Positions 55,923 through 64,000 of a stretch of DNA of 64,000 nucleotides are shown here, one piece after another. The translations under genes were made by a program, and so were the position numbers. Position 1 is the first letter of the stretch. Each line of letters starts with the position of its first letter. The notes beneath the pieces were generated by a model, which had not been told where the DNA came from, did no database searches, and saw nothing but the letters and a program-made list of their open reading frames with translations. The stretch is from Vermamoeba vermiformis (taxonomy: Eukaryota), in assembly GCA_045837725.1 (NCBI GenBank), contig JBEWZL010000257.1:186001-250000 (forward strand). The letters run 5' to 3'.

Positions 55923-58433
55923 TTATTTGTGTTCTTCATCACTGTCCATAAACAGCTCGTCGTCCATTTGATCAATCAACTCTTGGCGGTACTCTTCGAA
56001 TGTGCCGTCGTAGACTTGTACCTTTTGATCGCCGCACACCCAAAGCTCATCGCACACTTTGGAGATCAAGCGCTGATCGTGACTGATCAACACAACAGCG
56101 CCTTGGAACTCAGCCAATGACTCGCTCAACGCGTCAACACTTTGAATGTCCAAGTGATTCGTGGGCTCGTCGAGCAACAAAATGTGAGGCAATTCGAGTG
56201 ACAACGTGCACAAGGCGACACGTGACTTTTGACCACCAGAGAGCAGTTGAATGGGCTGCAAATGAGTCTTGCCGCTGAGGCCGAACTTGCCCAATGTGTT
56301 ACGCACTTCTTGGGGCTTGAGTTCGGGGAACTTCTTGCCAACAAACTCGACAGGCGTGTCAGTCATAGTCAACTGATCGACAAAGTGCTGCGAGAACTTG
56401 GAGACGCGCAGCTTGCGGTTGCGAATGATCTCACCGCTGACCGGGTTCAAGTCACCCAAAATCAAGTTCATCAATGTGGACTTGCCAATACCGTTAGGAC
56501 CCACAATAGCAACACGACTCTCCATACCGACATTCAACTCGACCTAAAACAGACATTAATATTTGACACGTGTCATGAAATCAGGCTTACGTTGCGGAAC
56601 AAAATCTTTTCAGGCGAGTAACCAAAAGTGACGTCTTTGATCTGCACGACAGGAATGCTGAGTGGTCCAGGGTCAGCGAAAATGAACTTGACGCTGTACT
56701 CTTTGTCATCGCGCTGCAACAATCCCTCTTTTTCCATCTTTTTCTTCTTGTCGTTGGCAGTCTTGGTCTGTTTCTCTTGCAATTTGTTCTTTTCTTTCTC
56801 TTGCAACTTGTATTTCTTGTCGCGTTGCTTCTTCTTGTCCAAAAAAATCTTTTCGAATGAGTCGTAATCGCCCTTGTAGTAGTCAAGGCGTTGTTTGTGC
56901 AAGTGAATAATGTCTGTCACAATGTAGTTCAAGAAATCTCTGTCGTGTGACACGACCTAATCATTCGATTAGTACCGATAACTGACAATAGAGGCACATC
57001 GGTGCGGTACTTACGAGCAATGTTTTCTTCCACTTGCGCAAATAGGCTTCGAGCCAAATGACGGCGTTCAAGTCCAAGTGATTGGTCGGCTCGTCGAGCA
57101 ACAACAAATCAGGGCTCAAGAACAAGGCACGGGCCAAAGCGATACGCATACGCCAACCACCGCTAAAACAGCCTATTAGCCAAGACCATAGCAATCAGAC
57201 TACTATTGTATTGCACGTACCTAAATTTCTTCGTGGGCATCTTCTTCATTTCTTCGGTGAATTGCAAACCAGACAAAATAGCTGAAGCACTGTGACAATG
57301 ACACGGTGAGTTAAAGTGTCACAAATGCGAGTAATTAACGACACTACGTACCGGCCCTCAGCTGAGTAGGCATTGATTTCTTTGAGTCGCTTGTACACTT
57401 CCATCAAGCGGTCGTTGGCTTTGAAGCCCTCGTCAGTGTTCTCAGCGGACACCTTTTTGAGCTCTTTTTCTTCGGCCAACAGTTGCAATCGCTCTTGATC
57501 GGCTTCCAACACAGCGTCCAAGGCGAGAGTGTCAGTACCTTCGACCTGCGGGGTGGATCACGTGCGTTAGTGGTGCATCAACGGGTGACAATGTAACTGT
57601 GAAATATTTACCTCTTGTTCGACGTGCAGAATGCGAATGTGCGCGGGGATGGGCAAGTGACGTTGCGAAATGTGTTTCAACAAGGTACTTTTACCTGCAA
57701 ATAGTACTGTTAGTTACTGCAATATTAAAGACCTGGATCTGCGCGAGGATCCAGTCTTGAGTGATAAGACATACCCATGCCGTTAGGGCCAATAAGACCG
57801 TATTTGCGACCGTATGAAATTTTCAAGTCAGCGTCGTGGAAGAGAACTTTGCCGTGATAGGCCAAAGTGAACTTTTCGACTTGGATGTCCTTGGTGTTGG
57901 ATGTGATCACACCCTTTTTTGCTTCATAGCTCTGCAAAGCACTCTCATTTTGTTCACGTGCAATATAGGCCTCCTTAGACTCGACTTGTTGGCTAGCTCC
58001 GTAGTTAGGGTCGAGCATCTGGCGCTGTTCCTCCGTGAGCTTGCCCTAAGAGATCGAACAAATGTAAGTATTTTCTAAAATTTTAGTAATTAAATTCTTA
58101 TCAATAAATTCATACCGCTTTGCGCAATTTGTTTAATTTTCTCAAATCCTTTTTGGTTAATTTTTTCTGGCCTCCAGGAGCAGTCTTATCGTCGTCTTGA
58201 CCGTCTTCACCGCTCTCCTCATCACTGCCATCCTTTTCAGGGTTCTCTTGTGGCTCTTTCTTAATTACATTGCCTTCCTCGTCGAACTCAGCATCCGAGT
58301 CGTAATCCTCTTCAGGTTCGGGTTCATAAGAGGGCTTCTTTTGCTGCTCCTTCTTCTTGGGCTCTGATTGTTGCTTGCCTGCGCCCTTCTTGGCGTTGGC
58401 AGCATTATTATTGTTCTTATTTTTTGAAGACAT
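55923..58433 (-). CDS. ABCF-family (TM-less) ABC ATPase, multi-exon
   Basis: Two NBDs (GPNGMGKS...FSGGWRMR...[19 protein letters not shown]...LSGGQKSR...[10 protein letters not shown]); charged N-terminal extension; no TM segments. Confidence 0.95.
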
Positions 58434-58919
58434 GTTGCGATCTGATCTCAATGGATAAAAAAATGGCCGGTAGAAAGCAAAGCAGTTTTATTCCAGCGAT
58501 AGCGATACTGAAGAATTCTCAGCTCTAATACGCCCTGGTAAATTCGTCCGGGGCCATATGAACGCGAAAATAAACGGAAAAAGGTTACCCGGCTTGGATC
58601 TGATCGCAGATGTCGTTCGAACTGGTACTTCTCATCACCCTTACTTAAGCAAAATATGCTCAAATAATTAGCAGTCCACTCTGAGGTTGTCTTAAGATCC
58701 TGATGAACTCATAAAGGGATGTAATTGACCTCAAAGATAACGTAATGAATAAATTATAATAATTGGTGCATTCACTAAATTAGCCACATTTTTAACCACA
58801 ACGGGTTGGAATATGTCCGTGACGTGCCATAAGAGTTGTGTTCGCGTGTGTTGGTCATTCTTCTTTTTTTTCAACAACTATCGTCCACAGAGCTCTAACA
58901 GTCACCTTCAAACTTCAAA

Positions 58920-61900
58920 ATGACGACCTTTTCAGCTGCTGCCATTTTGGAAAAGGTAAGTGGCACGGGCCCGCTAATGCCTCGTGGTCTTATGAATATC
59001 AGAAGTTGAATCAAGACCAACCCCCGTTCTTAGCACAATGCCATGAAACTGACCTGGTATTAATTTTATAGATGACCCACGAGGACAGAGATTTGCGCTT
59101 CATGGCTATCTCTGATCTTTCAAACGCCTTACAAAAGGAAAATTTTAAGCTCGATGTTGATTCAGAACGCAAAATTGTCGAGAGACTTTTGAAGATGGTT
59201 GCCACCGATAAATCAAGTGACGTCCAAGGTCTTGCTATTAAATGGTAATTATTGTCCACAAATACTCAATTTTTTTCTAAGATGAGAATTTTATTTAATT
59301 TTCTAAAAATTAGTCTTGGTCCCTTCGCCGCCAAGGTGCAAGAGCAACAAGCTCAAACTATGGTCGACACTTTGTCAGACAATTTGTTGAACCAAAAAGA
59401 AGACGACCTTCGAGATATTTCCAGCAGCTGCTTGAAGGCTATCATTACCGAAATTCCTGCCGAATCCATTAACACTATCCGCCTCATCGTTAAGAGAGTT
59501 ACTCCTAAGCTTCTCAGAGCTATTGTAAGTATTTTTATTTTGAATTTCAACGCAAATTTTTAAATTGCATCCGAGCAAATCAATTTCATTCATTGGCTGA
59601 CGAAGCGGTATTAATTATATTTCTGAATTAGGAGGAAGATCCTAACTCTGAAATTGCCAACTTGGCTTTGGACACTTTGAACGACATGTTGAACCGCTTC
59701 CCTGGTGAATTGGCTGCTGACTACGAGAAGATCCAAAAGGCTGTTTTGCCTCAATTGACCTCCTCGCGCACTGCCTCCAGAAAGAAGGCCATTAGCTGCC
59801 TCAGCAGATTGGCTGTCTCTTCTAGCGACGCTTTGTTCCAAAAGTTGATGGACTACTTGGTTGAAAAGATTGAAAGCTCCAAGAAGGCTGATCACATTCG
59901 CACTTTGATCTCCAGCATTGGCTCGATCACGTAAGCATTGAGTCTATTTTTGGCGTTGTGACAATCAACTAACGGTTAAATTCTAGTCGTGCTGTTGGCT
60001 CCAAGGTCGGCAAGAAGACTGAGAAGTTCATGCCTCTCGTCATTAAATACACCGATCACGACGACAGTGACGAAACTAAGGAGAACTGCTTCACAGCCTT
60101 CGAAGCTGTTATTTTGCGATGCCCTAAGGAAGCCACTCCTTACTTGGACAAAATCATTGAGTTGTCTCTCAAGTTCATCAAGTACGATCCCAACTACGCT
60201 GGATCAGACGAAGAGGAGGGTTCTGATATGGACGTCAGCGACCAATCCGACGAAGAGGACGAGTAAGTTAGAGGTGTCATTGCACGTCGGGACCGATTGA
60301 CTGACAGTTATTTGTAACAGTGGTGATGACTACTCCGACGATGACGACATGAGCTGGAAGGTCCGCAAGGGTTCTTCTCGCTGCTTGGCTGCCATCATTC
60401 AAACCAGACCTGAGTTGCTCAAGACTGTCTACGACAAGGTTGCTCCCACTTTGGTTGCTCGCTTCAAGGAACGCGAAGAGAACGTCAAGCTCGATGTCTT
60501 CGCCACTTTCATCGACTTGTTGAAGCAAACCGGCAACGTTTCTCGCTACCAACGCGCTGATGACAAGGACAGCCCTGTTGCCAAGTTGCAATCGATGGTT
60601 CCCAAGGTTGTCTCTGGTTTGAGCAAAGAATTGAAGCAAAAGTCACTCAAGACTCGCATTGGTGTCTTCCAATTGCTCAAGGAACTTGTCACTGTTCTTC
60701 CTGGTGCTTTGAACGATCACATTGGTGCCGTTGTTCCTGCTATCTCTGCTGCTCTCGCTGACAAGGGTTCAAGCTCTCCTCTCAAGATTGAGGCTCTCGA
60801 ATTCCTCCGCGTTGCTTTGCCTTCCCACAACGCCACCGTCTTCCACCCTCACATGAAGGGCATTACTACCCCTGTCTTCAAGGCTGTCGGTGACACTTAC
60901 TACAAGATCACTGCCGAGGCTCTTCGCGTTTGCTGCGAAATCACTCGTGTATTGAGACCTCAACAGAACTCTTCCTTCGATTACACTCCCTTCGTCAAGG
61001 ACTTATACAAGGCCGCTTTGGATAAACTCAAGGCTACCGAAATTGATCAAGAAGTCAAGGAAATTGCTATCACTTGCATGGGTTTGATCATCTCCATCCT
61101 TGGCGATCAATTGAAGGCCAACCTCGAAGAGAGCTTGAAGATTTTGTTGGACAGATTGAAGAACGAAATTACTCGTCTCACTGCCGTTAAGGCATTTGCC
61201 CAAATTGCTGCTTCTCCCTTGCAAATCGACACTAGCCTTGTTTTGAACGACGTTCTCAACGAGATGGCTACTTTCCTCCGCAAACAGAACCGTCAATTGA
61301 AGCAAGCCACTTTGACCTCTTTGAGCGTCATTGTGCACAACCAAGCTAGCCACAAGTCAGTCACTGCTCTTTCTGATACTATCTTGAAGGAAGACGCTGC
61401 TCTCATCAGCGACTCTGATTTGCACTTGAGCCACTTGGCTTTGCGCTTGGCCACTGCCATCCTCCAAGTCAACCCTGGCTCTGCTGCCACTATTCACAGC
61501 ACAGTTCTTCCTCAATGCCTCGAGCTTTTGAAGAGCACCTTGTTGCAAGGCATGGCCTTGGAGTCTATGTTGGGCCTGTTCGAGCAAATGATCAAGGTTA
61601 ACGCCAAGCAACTCTCCTTCGAGACTCTCTTGGAGACTTTGGTCGCTTTGGTCCACAAGAAGACTGGTGATTTGAGCAGACAAAGCATCTTGTCTATTGC
61701 TCAATGCATTGCCGTCATTGTTGCCAGCAAGCCCGAGTCTGTCTCCGCCACTGTCACCCGCTTCGTCTCCGACCTTAAGGGTGGTAAGGACGACAGCATC
61801 AAGCTCTTGGCCGTCTACACTGTGGGAGAGGTCGGTCGCCGAATTGACTTGAGTGGCAACAAGGACTTGCGCAAGGTTGTTCTCGCTGCTTTCGAAGACG

Positions 61901-63021
61901 CCTCCGAAGACGTCAAGACTGGTGCTTCTGTTGCCTTGGGTAACATCGCCATCGGTAACATGGGTGCCGTCCTCCCTGATATCTTCGCCGAAATTCAAGC
62001 TCACCCCAAGAAGCAATACTTGTTGTTGGGCTCTCTCCGAGAAGTCATTGTCCGCCAATCTGGTACCAAGGAAGGTGTTACTGCTTTGAGCGCTTACTTT
62101 GATCAATTCCTCACTGTTTTGTTCAACAACACTCAAAGCGAGGAAGAAGGTACTCGTAACGTCGTCTCTGAATGCTTGGGTAAATTGGCTTTGATCAACC
62201 CCGAGAAGGTCATCCCTGCTCTTCGCGAGCGCATTGGCAGCGACAGCCCCTTCACCAGAGGTATCGTCGTCACTGCCGTCAAGTTCACTATTGCCGAGCA
62301 ACCCTTGCCCGTTGACGATGTTCTCAAGAAGGAGATCGCCGCATTCTTGGAGGTCTTGAAGGACGCCAACATTGATGTCCGCCGCTCTGCCCTCTTGACC
62401 TTGAACTACGTCGCTCACCACAAATCCAAGTTGATCCGTGAATTGTTGCCCAAGTACTTGCCTGTGCTTTACGGTGAGACTAAGGTTAGACCCGAGTTGA
62501 TCCGTGAAGTCGATTTGGGCCCATTCAAGCACAAGGTTGACGACGGTTTGGAGTTGAGAAAGGCTGCTTTCGATGTTATGTACACTTTGTTGGACACTAG
62601 CATTGATCGCTTGGACTTGTCCGAGTTCATCAACCACATGGTCAATGGTCTCAACGATCAATACGACATTAAGATGTTGAACCAAATGATGTTGGTCCGC
62701 TTGGCTCAACGCGCTGGTGCTGCTTTGCTCGCTGGCCTCGACAACTTGATCGAGCCTATGCGCCAGACTGTCACCACCAAGGTGAAGGACAACTCCATTC
62801 AACAGCAAGTTGAGCGTAACGAAGAAATGATTCGCTCCGCTCTTCGTGCCGTTGCTGCCATTAACAGCATTCCTCAATCGGACACCAACCAAAGATGGGC
62901 TGACTTCATGAAGACCACCATCAGAACTCCCGACCTCAACGACAAATTCGAGCAGGTTGCTAAGGAAGCTGCTGATAGCCGAATTGATGTCCAAAAGGTT
63001 GACGCCATGGACTTGTCTTAA
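58920..63021 (+). CDS. CAND1: Cullin-associated NEDD8-dissociated protein 1, multi-exon
   Basis: DRDLRFMAISDL, KYDPNY, YSDDDDMSWKVRK, RFKEREENVK, LKNEITRLTAVKA, EEGTRNVVSECLGKL, REVDLGPFKHKVDDGLELRKAAF. Confidence 0.97.
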
Positions 63022-63206
63022 ATGACAACATTTTCTCACTTGTAACAAGAGTACAGTAAACTGTTTCGTAAAATATAACGCGGTTGTGTGCTGCAAACAT
63101 CAAAATAATTCGGCTAAAAATACCAGAAACGGCAAAATTTAATTAATTTGAGCCAGTATTTGCAACCTTCCTTTTATTAAATACAAAGTTACGAGTAAGA
63201 AACACG

Positions 63207-64000
63207 ATGGAGAAGAAGAAAGTTGTGGATTATCACTACGAATTCCCTCACGATCTGACTCTTGAGGAAGTTCAAGAAGTCGTGAAAGGGCGAAAGGATA
63301 TCATGGCGTATGTTCGTCGTGATGGTGATTGGTTATCTTTTGATTACGTCTTCGTACAAGAAGGCACGTTCCCTCATCCTTCAACTGCATCTGATCCAAA
63401 GTAAGCAGAGAAAAATATAATTAACAAAGTGCTGTATATTAGAAGAGGAAATCACATTAGCCCTGCGCAATTCCATATTTATTCTAAATTTTTAAAATAG
63501 GATCGCTCGGCAGTTGGCAATTCGGAGGGAATGCAGAGGACTAATATTTGATGCAAAAACTGGAGAATTATTATCACGCAGATTTCATAAATTTTTCAAC
63601 GTAAACGAAAAAGAAGAATCAATGCTCGAGAACATGACAGACTTGACTGGCGGGCACATCATTCTTGAAAAGCTGGATGGCAGCATGATAGGTTAGTCGC
63701 AACGATCGTTGACGATCTTATAAGTTACTAATGCCAGCAATAGGAGCATTTTTGTGGCAAGGAGAAGTGATTTATGGCACTAAGCTCGGAGACTCAATCG
63801 TAAGATTACTCAGCTTTATATACTTGGCTGACTTTCGTTATAGATTGCTGGTCAAGCAGCTGAATACGTCAAATCAGTGAGCGCAACATATTTCTACGAT
63901 GAATTTTGTAAAAAGTGGATCGGAGCTGGTACGAACACCCGCTTGAGATATGTGGCCTCTAATTTACCTATTTTCAGGCTGGACTCCCATATTCGAGTGG
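63207..64000 (+). CDS. T4 Rnl1-like RNA ligase (nucleotidyltransferase), multi-exon, runs off the window
   Basis: RRECRGLIFD...SRRFHKFFNVNE, motif I EKLDGSMI, then GTK and WTPIFEW (motif III) at the window end. Confidence 0.85.

Noticed and set aside
61357-63096. 579-aa antisense ORF overlapping CAND1
   Set aside because: Shadow ORF from strong codon bias in the long CAND1 exon; no recognisable motifs.

Overview
Gene-dense eukaryotic (protist, most likely amoebozoan-type) nuclear DNA with about 31 protein-coding genes broken by short spliceosomal introns. The six-frame ORF track therefore shows exon fragments; gene spans below were assembled by reading splice sites by eye. Most genes are housekeeping (primase, RPC3, CDK10-like, PWP1, RRS1, eEFSec, dynamin-related protein, WDR48, BRK1, SRP19, RPA3, CYFIP, PDCD2L, Nup205, NAA38, ABCF, CAND1), often in tight head-to-head pairs. 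Most notable: (1) a candidate peroxisomal glyoxylate-cycle gene cluster at 45.3-55.8 kb: PTS2-bearing malate dehydrogenase, a GARP-type MYB factor, an NRK-like kinase, and a divergent isocitrate lyase / malate synthase pair that both end in SKL; (2) a palindromic 12-mer, TGACA[CG][CG]TGTCA, found about 20 times, mostly inside short internal introns; (3) a CpG-poor ~1.7 kb intergenic island with tRNA-like fragments; (4) a receptor tyrosine-kinase-like gene with a bacterial-looking ectodomain; (5) an intron-containing T4 Rnl1-like RNA ligase at the right edge. All family assignments come from motif recognition, not database searches.
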